Shown here: in pieces, positions 36,295 through 46,538 of the stretch | How the letters are laid out: the number at the start of each line of letters is the position of its first letter | Numbering within the stretch: the first letter of the stretch is position 1 | NCBI GenBank assembly: GCA_963677605.2 | Contig: CAXXDX010000003.1 | Coordinates: forward strand, 34,962-98,961 | Length of the DNA: 64,000 nt | DNA from: Christensenellaceae bacterium | GTDB lineage: Bacteria > Bacillota > Clostridia > Christensenellales > UMGS416 | Direction: 5' to 3' | The notes under the pieces: model-generated | What the model saw: only the letters and a program-made list of their open reading frames with translations | What the model was told of the DNA's origin: nothing | Databases searched by the model: none | Translations under genes and position numbers: made by a program

Positions 36295-37350
36295 ATGAAA
36301 TTTGAACAGTGGAAAGTAATAGAAGATGCAATAAAAAAGCAAAATTCCGAAATTCCAAGCGCGTTAATAATAGACAGCCCTTGGATGCCGGGGTATTGCA
36401 ATATTTCAACAATAGATTTTTACATGCAGATGGAGACGTGGGAAGATTCATATAATAAAATACACAGTGATTTTCCTGATACGATTTTCTTTCCGGACTG
36501 GTGGTCAGAGTTTGGAATGGCATGCGAGTCTTCAGCGTACGGATGCAGGATATCTTTTTTTCACAATTCTCCTCCGAATGCTGAGCATATATATAAAAAT
36601 ATCGATGAATTCGCATCAAGTGATATTCCCTCGGTGCCTGATCCTAAGATGCATGGCTTGATGCCCCTTCTTTTAAGCCATCAGCGTAAAATACTCCCTA
36701 AATTGAGAGAAAACAGTGAAGATGTTTTTGTCGCCTCTACGCGCGGTCCACTCACAATAGCATCGCATCTTATGCCGCTTACGGAACTTCTTATTGGTGT
36801 TAAGATATATCCGGAAAAGATACACGAACTGCTTAAAAATACGACTGAGCTATGTAAAAGATGGCTTAAGGCTCAAATAGAACAGAATGATAATATAAAA
36901 GCTATATTAGTTTTGGATGATGTGACAGGCTTTTTCGGCGACGATGACTATAAAGAATTTGCACATCCTTATCTTAAAGCTATATTTGATGAATTTAGTG
37001 ATCTATATCATTTCTTTCACAACGATACTGATAATGATATTTGCTTCCCTTACATTGAATCGCTTGGTGTAGATGTTTTCAATTTTACCTATGGTAAGGA
37101 TATAGCGTCAGCACGTGAAAAAATAGGAGAAAAAGTATGTTTGATGGGAAATGTACCTCCGATGGCTCTTGTTAATAAAACGCCTTCTGAAGTGGCGGAA
37201 ATGACAAAAGAGGCTATTGAGAAATATACTAAGGCAAATGGCGGAAAGAAAGGCCTTATCCTAAGTGTCGGAGGAGGAGTTCCTATGGACGCCAAAAAAG
37301 AAAATATCCAAGCTTTAATTGAAGAAACAATAAAATTTAACCGAAAATAA
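36295..37350 (+). CDS. Uroporphyrinogen decarboxylase (URO-D) family protein, function unknown
   Basis: 351 aa with URO-D/MtaA-like TIM-barrel-length architecture (PDWWSEFG, ASTRGPLT, VLDDVTGF, HFFHNDTDND, GNVPP). RBS aaagggg. Confidence 0.7.
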   Translation: MKFEQWKVIEDAIKKQNSEIPSALIIDSPWMPGYCNISTIDFYMQMETWEDSYNKIHSDFPDTIFFPDWWSEFGMACESSAYGCRISFFHNSPPNAEHIYKNIDEFASSDIPSVPDPKMHGLMPLLLSHQRKILPKLRENSEDVFVASTRGPLTIASHLMPLTELLIGVKIYPEKIHELLKNTTELCKRWLKAQIEQNDNIKAILVLDDVTGFFGDDDYKEFAHPYLKAIFDEFSDLYHFFHNDTDNDICFPYIESLGVDVFNFTYGKDIASAREKIGEKVCLMGNVPPMALVNKTPSEVAEMTKEAIEKYTKANGGKKGLILSVGGGVPMDAKKENIQALIEETIKFNRK

Positions 37351-37454
37351 TCGGCAGATTTATTACTTGATTTATAATAGTTATTTATACATATGTATTG
37401 ATATCAGTTTGTAGACTCTATACGATAAGAAATCTGTTTATATAAGGAGTAAAT

Positions 37455-38645
37455 ATGCCGAACAATCCAAAAGAAAAACTTTGGAATAGCTACTTCGTTA
37501 CTATTCTTATAATAAATACATTTACATCAATGGGATTCAGCATTGTAATGCCTATAGTTGCAAAATACGCAATATCGCTCGGTGCTACGGTAGCGTTTGC
37601 TGGGGTTATTGCTGGCTTCTTTTCAATAACAGCGCTTATAGGAAGGCCGTTTTCAGGGCTTATTGCAGACAAGTTCAATAAAAAATATGTAATGCTTTTT
37701 GCGACTGGAATGCTAGCAGTGTCAACACTGGGATATGGGATATCTAAAAGCACATCTGTGCTTTTATTTTTTAGGATTTTGCATGGTTTGGCATTTTCAG
37801 TAAGCGGAACTGCGAGCATATCTTTGGGAACAGCGTTTATACCACATGATAGGCTTGGGGAAGGAATTGGTTTTTTAGGTATAGGCTTTATTTTATCAAG
37901 AGCGGTAGGGCCTAATATCGGCATAGTTTTGCTAGAAAACTTCGGCTATTCTTCGGTATTTATTGCAGGATTTGTGATAGTCGCATTATCAGCGATTATG
38001 ATGATATTTATCAAATATACCCATGAAAAAGAAGAGAAAGATGAACAATCAACTGAGAAATTTAAACTTAAGTTCAGTGACTTGATTGCAAAAGAACTTC
38101 TGGTACTTACGATTGTTGTGGGATCTATCTCTGTAATGAACGGACTGATAAGCAGCTTTTTAATCAACCTCAGTGATGAAAAAGGAATAGCCGGAATTGG
38201 TATGTATTTTACGGTAAATGCGCTTGTTCTTCTGTTTATACGGCCGTTTGCGGGAAAATTAATAGATAAAAAAGGACTGGCTTTTATAGTGTTCCCGGCT
38301 TTCACATTAGCTATAGTAGCTGCTATTTTAATAGGTCTTGCGACCTCTTTGTGGATGATACTTATAGCGGCATTCTTCTATGCTGTGGGACAAGGAGCGA
38401 GTCAGCCGGCTTTTCAGGCGACATGTATAAAAAAACTTGGCCGAAAAAGGGTGGGAGTAGCGACTAGTACCTACTATATAGGGGCAGATATAGGAAATGG
38501 ACTGGGGCCTATGATAGGAGGGGTAATTGCGGGTTCGTTTGGATTTAGCTGTGTGTATATATTCGGCGCAGGAATACTTCTGGCAGGAATGATGTTATTT
38601 TTCTTCTATAACAGAAAAGAAAAACGAGGAATTAAAATAGAGTAA
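37455..38645 (+). CDS. MFS transporter (paralog 3 of 4)
   Basis: Multi-TM. LWNSYFV and GRPFSGLIADKFNKK motifs shared with the other three paralogs. RBS aaggag. Confidence 0.85.
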   Translation: MPNNPKEKLWNSYFVTILIINTFTSMGFSIVMPIVAKYAISLGATVAFAGVIAGFFSITALIGRPFSGLIADKFNKKYVMLFATGMLAVSTLGYGISKSTSVLLFFRILHGLAFSVSGTASISLGTAFIPHDRLGEGIGFLGIGFILSRAVGPNIGIVLLENFGYSSVFIAGFVIVALSAIMMIFIKYTHEKEEKDEQSTEKFKLKFSDLIAKELLVLTIVVGSISVMNGLISSFLINLSDEKGIAGIGMYFTVNALVLLFIRPFAGKLIDKKGLAFIVFPAFTLAIVAAILIGLATSLWMILIAAFFYAVGQGASQPAFQATCIKKLGRKRVGVATSTYYIGADIGNGLGPMIGGVIAGSFGFSCVYIFGAGILLAGMMLFFFYNRKEKRGIKIE

Positions 38646-38856
38646 AACTCTAAGTAAATATTCTATTTAAAAGCAGTTGACAGCTCTTATGGAAATAATG
38701 TAAAAATAACCAAGTTAAGCTTAATGCTAAAGACCTAGTAACCTATCGCATTTGTATTATCAAAGCAAATAAAGTAAGCAATACCAAATAAATCAATAAT
38801 AATAAGTAGTGAAACACATATTTAAAAAACTTTAGGCAAATCAAACAAAATAATAG

Positions 38857-38914
38857 TTGAATAATTAAACTATATGCTATATAATATACGATATAAACAT
38901 AACTGATATATCAG
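38857..38914 (+). promoter_or_regulatory. Predicted promoter plus perfect 12-bp palindrome CTGATATATCAG upstream of the dehydrogenase/Opp-2 operon
   Basis: TTGAAT (38857-38862), 17-nt spacer, TATAAT (38880-38885). CTGATATATCAG at 38903-38914. Confidence 0.6.
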
Positions 38915-38958
38915 ATAAATACAATTTACACAAAACACGTATTTGAGGAGAATTTTAG

Positions 38959-39993
38959 ATGAAAGTTTCTTGTGTATTAAAACCAAATGTTATTGAGTTT
39001 CAAAATCGTGAAAAGGCAAGGGTCATTGAAGAAGATGATGTACTTGTTAAAATAAAATGTGTTGGTATATGCGGATCTGATATTCATATTTTTCATGGGA
39101 CAAATCCATTTGCAAAATACCCAAGAGTATGGGGGCATGAATTTACAGGTGAAGTTGTCGAAACAGGCTCACAAGTAAAAAAACTAAAAGTAGGAGACCA
39201 CATTGTAGCTGAACCTTTTTTAAACTGCGGAGAATGTTATGCTTGTAAAAATGGCAGAGGAAATGTATGTGAAAATTTACAGGTATATGGCGTTCATGTA
39301 GATGGCGGATGCCAAGAATATATTACATTAAAAGCAAAAAAAGCTCATAGAATAAAAAAATCTATTCCTTGGGAGACTGCAGTGCTTGCAGAACCTTTAA
39401 CAATTGGATTTCAAGCTGTTGAACGAGGAAGAGTTCAAAAAGGCGATTTAGTATTGATAATGGGGGCAGGGACTGTTGGATTATGCTGTTTGATGGCAGC
39501 AAAATACAAAGAAGCTAAAGTAGTAATTACAGATTTATTTGATAAAAAATTAGAATATGCCAAATCACTTAATGCGGATTATACAATAAACGTCAATACA
39601 AAGAATCTTGAGGATGAGATTAATAAAATAACTAATGGAAAAGGCCCAAATGTAATTCTTGATGCAGTATGCACGAAGGAAAGCTTAGAAACTGCAATTG
39701 AATATGTATCACAGGCTGGAAGAGTTGTTGAACTTGGTTATGCTGATATTGCATCAGAGGTTCCGCATGTCACATTAATGAAAAAAGAAGTTGACTTAAT
39801 GGGCTCAAGACTTCAATCTGATCGATTTGAAGAGGCAATTGATTTCATTGAGAAAAATCAAGAACTTATAAAAGATTTTATTACAAAGAAGTTTTCATCG
39901 AAAGAGATTGAAGAAGCATTTCGTTATGTTTCTGAAAACAATGAAGATATTAGAAAAGTTCTAATAAGTATGGATTTGGAACTGATGGAGTAA
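38959..39993 (+). CDS. Zinc-dependent MDR alcohol/polyol dehydrogenase (second)
   Basis: GICGSDIHIF, WGHEFTG, CGECYACKNGRGNVC structural Zn cluster and GAGTVGL Rossmann motif. RBS gaggag. Confidence 0.85.
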   Translation: MKVSCVLKPNVIEFQNREKARVIEEDDVLVKIKCVGICGSDIHIFHGTNPFAKYPRVWGHEFTGEVVETGSQVKKLKVGDHIVAEPFLNCGECYACKNGRGNVCENLQVYGVHVDGGCQEYITLKAKKAHRIKKSIPWETAVLAEPLTIGFQAVERGRVQKGDLVLIMGAGTVGLCCLMAAKYKEAKVVITDLFDKKLEYAKSLNADYTINVNTKNLEDEINKITNGKGPNVILDAVCTKESLETAIEYVSQAGRVVELGYADIASEVPHVTLMKKEVDLMGSRLQSDRFEEAIDFIEKNQELIKDFITKKFSSKEIEEAFRYVSENNEDIRKVLISMDLELME

Positions 39994-40045
39994 CTATTTA
40001 GGAGACAATAAAACATAACATATAAATATAGTTGGAGGATAGAAC

Positions 40046-41035
40046 ATGGCATGGTATATATTCAAGCGAATCCTGATGATGATTCCAGTACTTCTGGGTG
40101 TGACTTTGATAATATTTTCTTTGCAGCTAGTTACACCTGGTGACCCTGCTAGGCTGATTTTGGGAGATGAAGCTCTAGAAGAGGAAGTTCAGCAATGGAA
40201 CGAAGACCGTGGACTTAATGATCCATTTTTTGTTCAGTATTTCAGATACGTTTGGAATATTGCGACAAAAGGTGATTTTGGTTCTTCATGGAGAACTGGT
40301 AAGTCCATTACTCGCTCAATTATTGAAAGATGGCCTACAACATTCCTGCTAGCAACATTGTGTACTTCAATGGCAGTTGTATTTGGAATGATTTTAGGAA
40401 TCATTGCAGCTAAGAACCGAAGTACATGGGTAGATTCTTCTATTAGAGTATTTAGTATGGTGGGTATATCTATGCCAAACTTCTGGTTTGCACTATTGCT
40501 GATTCTTTTATTTGCTGTAAAATTACGTTGGCTTCCTGTTTCTGGGTTTTATGGGGTGAAATATTGGATACTGCCAGTAATAACTATAGGTCTTCTTGGA
40601 TCAGCTGGGCAAATGCGTATGGTTAGAGGTTCATATCTAGACAACAGTAATGCCGATTTTGTTCGAACAGCTAAAGCGAAAGGTCAGACTGAAAAAGTAA
40701 TTACTCGTCATCACATTCTAAGAAATGCTCTTGTACCTATTATAAACAGTGCAGGTATGTACTTCGCAATAAATATGAGTGGAACGATGATATTGGAACA
40801 AATTTTTGCAATACCGGGTTTAGGAAGCCTAATGGTTGCAGCGATTAATGGCCGAGATTTTCCACAATTGCGAGCCAGTGTTTTGCTTGTAGCCATTACA
40901 GTGTCAACTGTCAACCTAGTTATTGATATTTTATATGCTGCGGTTGATCCGCGTATTAAAGCTGATTTTGAGAAGAATAATAAAATTAAAAAAATAATAA
41001 AAATTCTCATGGAAAGAGGTAGTGCTAATGCGTAG
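40046..41035 (+). CDS. Opp/Dpp-type ABC transporter permease (B component), system 2
   Basis: MAWYIFKRILMMIPVLLGVTLIIF...TPGDP N-terminus and AVDPRIK C-terminal motif typical of OppB/DppB. RBS ggagga. Confidence 0.9.
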   Translation: MAWYIFKRILMMIPVLLGVTLIIFSLQLVTPGDPARLILGDEALEEEVQQWNEDRGLNDPFFVQYFRYVWNIATKGDFGSSWRTGKSITRSIIERWPTTFLLATLCTSMAVVFGMILGIIAAKNRSTWVDSSIRVFSMVGISMPNFWFALLLILLFAVKLRWLPVSGFYGVKYWILPVITIGLLGSAGQMRMVRGSYLDNSNADFVRTAKAKGQTEKVITRHHILRNALVPIINSAGMYFAINMSGTMILEQIFAIPGLGSLMVAAINGRDFPQLRASVLLVAITVSTVNLVIDILYAAVDPRIKADFEKNNKIKKIIKILMERGSANA

Positions 41036-41933
41036 GAAAAATAGTAAATTGAATGCAGAACAAATTGAAGTTTCACACAAAGATATTAAACGAAGAAGCG
41101 TAATGCAAGAATCTATGCATAGACTTGTTAGAAATAGATTGGCAATGTCAGGTGCTGCTGTAATTGTTGTTATTACAATATTGTGCCTTTTGGCACCGAT
41201 AATTAGCCCTGAGGGATATGATTCACAAGATGTTTTAAATAAATTTCAGCCACCAAGCAAAGAATATCCTTTTGGAACTGATAGTTTAGGGCGCTCAATG
41301 CTTGCGAGGATATTATATGGTGGGAAATATTCTCTATCCGTTGGAGTTATAGCAACTGCATTCTCTGGAGTGTTAGGCATAGCATTGGGTTCTATAGCTG
41401 GATTCTATGGAGGGAAAGTAGACCATTTCGTAATGCGTTTCTTGGATATATTTAGCTCAATTCCGAATCTGTTGATGGCAATAGCGATTTCTGCTGCTCT
41501 AGGTGGTGGTTTAATGAACTGCATTTGGGCGATAGCGATATCAAGCACTCCTCGTATTGCGCGAGTAGTTAGAGGACCGATTCTGGCAGTTAAATCAACT
41601 GAATATGTCGAGGCTGCAAGAGCTATAGATGCACGGGACGGAAGAATAATAAGGAAACATATTCTACCTAATGTTTTGTCACCATTAATAATAACACTTA
41701 CAGCAAATGTTGCATTTGCAATTCTAATTGCAGCAATGTTAAGTTTTCTAGGACTTGGAGTACAGCCACCAACACCGGAATGGGGTTCTTTGGTTTCGAC
41801 ATCGAGACAATATATTAGAGAGTATCCATATTTAGTTACATTCCCCGGAATAGCGATAGCGGTTACTGTACTTTCTATGAACCTTTTTGGAGATGGGTTA
41901 CGGGATGCTCTTGATCCAAAATTAAAATATTAA
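41028..41933 (+). CDS. Opp/Dpp-type ABC transporter permease (C component), system 2
   Basis: YPFGTDSLGRSMLARILYGGK motif. ATG 41028 lies behind agaggtag and overlaps the upstream gene end. Confidence 0.9.
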   Translation: MRRKNSKLNAEQIEVSHKDIKRRSVMQESMHRLVRNRLAMSGAAVIVVITILCLLAPIISPEGYDSQDVLNKFQPPSKEYPFGTDSLGRSMLARILYGGKYSLSVGVIATAFSGVLGIALGSIAGFYGGKVDHFVMRFLDIFSSIPNLLMAIAISAALGGGLMNCIWAIAISSTPRIARVVRGPILAVKSTEYVEAARAIDARDGRIIRKHILPNVLSPLIITLTANVAFAILIAAMLSFLGLGVQPPTPEWGSLVSTSRQYIREYPYLVTFPGIAIAVTVLSMNLFGDGLRDALDPKLKY

Positions 41934-41945
41934 TAGGAGACGTTT

Positions 41946-42965
41946 ATGTCAGTTGAAAAAAATATAAAAACGAAAACAAGCAGTAATGAAGTTTTGTTAT
42001 CAATAAAGGATCTTTCTGTCTATTACATAGGAGAAGAGATTGGTACATGCAAGGCTGTTAATGAAGTCTCATTTGATATAAAAGAAGGAGAAACTTTAGG
42101 TTTAGTTGGAGAAACTGGAGCAGGGAAAACAACTATTGCGTATAGCATAATGCAATTATTACAGAGCCCTCCGGGTAAAGTAATGAATGGTGAAATTTAT
42201 TTTAAAAACAGAGATTTATTAAAGCTGAAAGAAAAAGATATGCTGAAAGTTCGAGGCACACAGATATCTATGATATTTCAGGATCCAATGACAGCTTTAA
42301 ATCCTATAGATAGAGTTGGCGATCAAGTTCGGGAAGCGATACTTTTGCACAATAAATGCAGCAAAGCAGAAGCAGCTGAAATGGCATGCGAAATGCTTGA
42401 ACTTGTAGGTATTGAAAGGAGCAGATATAGAGATTACCCTCATCAATTTTCAGGTGGTATGAAACAAAGGGTGATAATCGCGATGGCGCTCTCATGTAAC
42501 CCTGCATTACTAATTGCTGATGAACCCACAACGGCATTGGATGTTACTATACAAGCGCAGGTTTTGGACATGATGAAAGATTTGCGTAATAAGTATAAAA
42601 CATCTGTACTAATGATTACTCATGATTTAGGTGTAGTTGCAAATATGTGTGACAATGTTGCCGTAATTTACGCAGGAGAAATTGTGGAAATAGGTGATAA
42701 GTATCAGCTGTTTAACAACACTTCTCATCCTTACACAATAGGATTATTTGGATCTTTACCAAGTATAAATAAAGAGCATACGAGACTAAGGCCTATAAAA
42801 GGTGCTATGCCTGATCCGTCAGATCTTAAAAAAGGATGTAATTTTGCAGACAGGTGTGATTATTGCCAGCCAGAATGCAGAGAACACGATATAGAAATAC
42901 GGGAAATAGAACCTGGCCATTGGGTTCGTTGTGACTTTGCGGAAAAAATGGAAAGGGAAGTGTAA
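41946..42965 (+). CDS. Opp/Dpp-type ABC transporter ATP-binding protein (D component), system 2
   Basis: Walker A GETGAGKT, signature FSGGMKQR, Walker B LLIADEPT, C-terminal Cys-containing extension. Confidence 0.9.
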   Translation: MSVEKNIKTKTSSNEVLLSIKDLSVYYIGEEIGTCKAVNEVSFDIKEGETLGLVGETGAGKTTIAYSIMQLLQSPPGKVMNGEIYFKNRDLLKLKEKDMLKVRGTQISMIFQDPMTALNPIDRVGDQVREAILLHNKCSKAEAAEMACEMLELVGIERSRYRDYPHQFSGGMKQRVIIAMALSCNPALLIADEPTTALDVTIQAQVLDMMKDLRNKYKTSVLMITHDLGVVANMCDNVAVIYAGEIVEIGDKYQLFNNTSHPYTIGLFGSLPSINKEHTRLRPIKGAMPDPSDLKKGCNFADRCDYCQPECREHDIEIREIEPGHWVRCDFAEKMEREV

Positions 42966-42966
42966 T

Positions 42967-43923
42967 ATGGGAGCTATATTAGAGGTCAATGAATTAAAAA
43001 AATATTTTAATGTAAATGCTGGAACTTTGCACGCAGTTGATGGAGTAACCTTTAAGATAAATGAAGGAGAAACTCTTGGAGTTGTTGGAGAGTCTGGATG
43101 TGGCAAATCTACCCTTGGTCGCACTATTCTTCATTTATTAGAGAACTCAGGTGGGCAAATGTTATATAAAGGTGAGGATATAACAACTGTTAATCGTAAA
43201 AAGTTAAGCGAACTAAGAAGAAAAATGCAGCTGATATTCCAAGATCCATTCTCGTCATTAAATCCAAGGATGACGGTATATCAACAACTTGCTGAGCCAC
43301 TTTTGATTAGAGGAGCAAAAAAGAACAGCCCTGAAACAGAAAAGAAAATATATGACATGATGGATACTGTTGGCTTAGCGAGAAGGCTTGTAAACACATA
43401 TCCTCATGAGCTTGACGGTGGTAGAAGGCAGAGGATAGGTGTAGGTCGTGCATTAATCCTAGATCCAGAATTTGTAGTATGTGATGAACCAGTTTCTGCT
43501 TTGGATGTATCTATTCAAGCACAGATAATTAATCTTCTTTTAGATATTCAACAAGAAAGAAAATTAACATATATCTTTATAACGCATGATTTGTCTGTTG
43601 TTAGATTTATATCGGACAAAATACTTGTTATGTATCTTGGTCAGATGGTTGAGTATGCTACATCAGATGAAATATTTGATGATCCAATACACCCATATAC
43701 ACAAGCGTTATTATCAGCACTTCCAATACCGGATGTTAATGTAGAAATGAACAGGATCGTTCTAGAGGGTGAAGTTACATCACCTATAAACCCGACACCA
43801 TGCTGTAGGTTTGCAAAAAGATGTTTATATGCAAAGGATAAATGTTATTGCGAAGAACCTGAGTTAGTTGAAATTAAACCAGACCACTTTGTTAGGTGCC
43901 ATTTTGATAAGTTTGAAGCCTAG
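42967..43923 (+). CDS. Opp/Dpp-type ABC transporter ATP-binding protein (F component), system 2
   Basis: Walker A GESGCGKST, Walker B FVVCDEPVS. Note the atypical signature LDGGRRQR where LSGGQ is expected. Start moved to ATG 42967 behind gaaagggaag. Confidence 0.85.
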   Translation: MGAILEVNELKKYFNVNAGTLHAVDGVTFKINEGETLGVVGESGCGKSTLGRTILHLLENSGGQMLYKGEDITTVNRKKLSELRRKMQLIFQDPFSSLNPRMTVYQQLAEPLLIRGAKKNSPETEKKIYDMMDTVGLARRLVNTYPHELDGGRRQRIGVGRALILDPEFVVCDEPVSALDVSIQAQIINLLLDIQQERKLTYIFITHDLSVVRFISDKILVMYLGQMVEYATSDEIFDDPIHPYTQALLSALPIPDVNVEMNRIVLEGEVTSPINPTPCCRFAKRCLYAKDKCYCEEPELVEIKPDHFVRCHFDKFEA

Positions 43924-43963
43924 ATGGCTTTGAAATAAAACATGAGGATTGAAGGAGGATATT

Positions 43964-45619
43964 ATGAAACAAACTAGGAGAATTCTCGCAATTATATTGT
44001 CGGTACTGATGATATTTGTCTTTACTGCATGTAACAATGAATCAACAGATTCAAGTAGCGAGAGCAACACAGTAACTGAAGAGAGCAAAGACAATAATGA
44101 AACTTCCACATCCGAGTCATCATCTAAATCGGATGAGTCTATGGAGAGCAGCAAAGATATCTTAGTCATGCGTATGGATGCAGATCCAGGAACATTTAAC
44201 TTAGTAAATACTTATATTATGAATGCTGTTCAAATCTTATCCATGACTACTTGCACATTACTGCGTACAGTAGATGATGGAAAAGGAGGTACAATTAATG
44301 CCATTGATGATCGTTACGGATTAGCAACAGAGTATGCATTTGATGATGATAATATGGGTATGACTTTTACAATTCGTGATAATGCAAAATGGCATGATGG
44401 AAATCCCGTTACTGCTGATGATGTAGTTTATTCTTTGAAACGTTATACAGGCAATTCAAGGTACGGTTATGTTGATTATGAGAATATAACAAAAGTTGAT
44501 GATAATACAGTACATATTGGATTTACCAGAACTGATTCAAATGCTTTGTTCGGTATTGGTACAATGTGGATTGTTGAACAGTCAGTACTTGAAGAAATAG
44601 GTGAAGAAGAGTACTTTACAACAACTAATTATATCGGCTGCGGTCCTTACAAAGTAGTTAGCTGGGTACCTGGTGACTCGATCGATCTTGAAGCTGTCGA
44701 TGATTATTTTGGAGGAACTCCGAAAATTAAGAATATAAGAATCAGGTTTATCGCGGAAGCATCTGTTGGTATGATGGAACTTGAAACTGGCGGAATTGAC
44801 GTAATAGATATACCCAACTGGGTAGATGTCCAAAACATCATGAACGGTGAATATGAAGGAATTGCTAAAGCTGTACAAATAAGCGATATGCTTCACACTT
44901 GTGCAGGGTTTAATTTAAGCTCAGACAGTCCATTTCAGGATCTTCGTGTAAGGCAAGCATTTGCTTATGCTCTTGACCGTGATACGATTGCACTTGGTGC
45001 ATATGAAGGTGTTGGTCAAGTCGCATACACAATATTCTCTGATGGCGGAGAAAATATGCTGCGCTACACTCCGGAAACATGGCCGTATTCTTTGAATGTT
45101 GAAAAAGCAAAAGAGCTTCTTGCAGACGCAGGGTATCCCGATGGATTTGAAATGACTTTACTTACAAACCAGGATGCTAACCGCTCAATGGCTGCTCAGA
45201 TAGCAAAAAATCAATTAGCTGAAGTGGGTATTGAAGCTTCAATAGTTAATTATGATAATGCTACATATGCTGCAACTATGGCAAATGAGACTGATAGCTG
45301 GGATGTTTGGTTTAGAAACTGGGGAGCAGGCACAGTTTGGTACTCTATGATTGACAATACAATTGCTGTTAACTGTCATCCTAATGAGAGTGATGAAACT
45401 TGGATTAAATATAAGACTTTATCCAGTGATATGGCAAAAGAGATGGATACTGAAAAAAGATATGCTATTGAGAATGAGATTCAAGAAAACTTCCTTACAG
45501 AAGCATTGTATATCTATAATCTTATTGCACCAGTCAAAAACTATGTTATGGTAGACAATCTTTATGGATTAACTAGAGTATCATATTATTGGGATATACT
45601 TGACGCTTATTTCGAATAA
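43964..45619 (+). CDS. Family-5 (peptide/nickel/oligosaccharide type) ABC solute-binding lipoprotein
   Basis: Lipobox VFTAC followed by an S/E/T-rich linker; about 550 aa mature domain of SBP family 5 length. Start moved to ATG 43964 behind gaaggagga. Confidence 0.85.
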   Translation: MKQTRRILAIILSVLMIFVFTACNNESTDSSSESNTVTEESKDNNETSTSESSSKSDESMESSKDILVMRMDADPGTFNLVNTYIMNAVQILSMTTCTLLRTVDDGKGGTINAIDDRYGLATEYAFDDDNMGMTFTIRDNAKWHDGNPVTADDVVYSLKRYTGNSRYGYVDYENITKVDDNTVHIGFTRTDSNALFGIGTMWIVEQSVLEEIGEEEYFTTTNYIGCGPYKVVSWVPGDSIDLEAVDDYFGGTPKIKNIRIRFIAEASVGMMELETGGIDVIDIPNWVDVQNIMNGEYEGIAKAVQISDMLHTCAGFNLSSDSPFQDLRVRQAFAYALDRDTIALGAYEGVGQVAYTIFSDGGENMLRYTPETWPYSLNVEKAKELLADAGYPDGFEMTLLTNQDANRSMAAQIAKNQLAEVGIEASIVNYDNATYAATMANETDSWDVWFRNWGAGTVWYSMIDNTIAVNCHPNESDETWIKYKTLSSDMAKEMDTEKRYAIENEIQENFLTEALYIYNLIAPVKNYVMVDNLYGLTRVSYYWDILDAYFE

Positions 45620-45631
45620 TTAACTGAAAGT

Positions 45632-45658
45632 GCAGACCATACGTTATGTATGGTCTGC
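45632..45658 (+). terminator. Hairpin / partial terminator between the SBP gene and the esterase gene
   Basis: 10-bp perfect stem GCAGACCATA / TATGGTCTGC with 7-nt loop, followed by TTTACTT. Confidence 0.6.
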
Positions 45659-45698
45659 TTTACTTGAACTAATAATACAATAATAAAGGAGAAAACAG

Positions 45699-46538
45699 AT
45701 GGCAGTTGTAAATCTGAACTTTGAAAGTCAATATCTTAGTAATGCTCACAATGTAACCGTAATACTCCCAGACAAACCACGTGAAGCAGATGCAAAAGAA
45801 TATTATACAAATGGGAAAAAATATAGAGTTTTATGGTTGCTACATGGTTCTTTTGATGACGGTTCCGGATTTTTGAGAAGAACTATGATTGAAGTATATG
45901 CACGTGAAAAAGATTTGATTGTTGTAATGCCAAGTGCTTTAAACTCAAATTATACTAATTGGGATGATTTCGGTACAGGATTTAGAATGGGAGACTATTT
46001 AACAGAGGAGCTAATGCCCTTAATCCATAATTGGTTCCCGGCTTCAAGCAAACCTGAGGATAATTTCGTTTCTGGTGATTCCATGGGTGGTGGTGGAGCA
46101 TTAAAATATATTTTGCGACATCCTGATAAATTTGCAGCCGCAGCGATCCTTTCTGGAACGCCAAGAAACCCAGCTGACCTTGACTGGGATAATCCGGATC
46201 CAGAAAATCGTTTCAGTGTACATAGCCCAAGGTTTCAAAACACTATAAAGAACGTTGGCGGCAAAGAAGCCTATTTAAAATCATATGAAAATGCATGGGA
46301 TAGAGTAATAGAAATGCACGAAGCAGGCACATTGCCTAAACTAATGTTTGCTTGTGCTGAAAAGGACTTTGGATATGCAAATCATTTAAAATTTAAGGAG
46401 ATGTGTGAGCAAAAGGGTATAGAGGCTCATTTCTTTGAATTACCAAATTTAGGACATGAATGGCGTTTTTGGGACAAGGCTCTTGTAGAAGCACTTAAAT
46501 TCTTTGGAATTAATGAAGAAGGGTTTATTGCTTTTTAA
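45699..46538 (+). CDS. Esterase-family alpha/beta hydrolase, paralog 2
   Basis: 279 aa, gap-free alignment to 30506-31345 with about 46 substitutions by my count. GDSMGG, CAEKDFG and LGHEWRFW motifs. The last 36 residues are identical in both copies. Confidence 0.8.
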   Translation: MAVVNLNFESQYLSNAHNVTVILPDKPREADAKEYYTNGKKYRVLWLLHGSFDDGSGFLRRTMIEVYAREKDLIVVMPSALNSNYTNWDDFGTGFRMGDYLTEELMPLIHNWFPASSKPEDNFVSGDSMGGGGALKYILRHPDKFAAAAILSGTPRNPADLDWDNPDPENRFSVHSPRFQNTIKNVGGKEAYLKSYENAWDRVIEMHEAGTLPKLMFACAEKDFGYANHLKFKEMCEQKGIEAHFFELPNLGHEWRFWDKALVEALKFFGINEEGFIAF

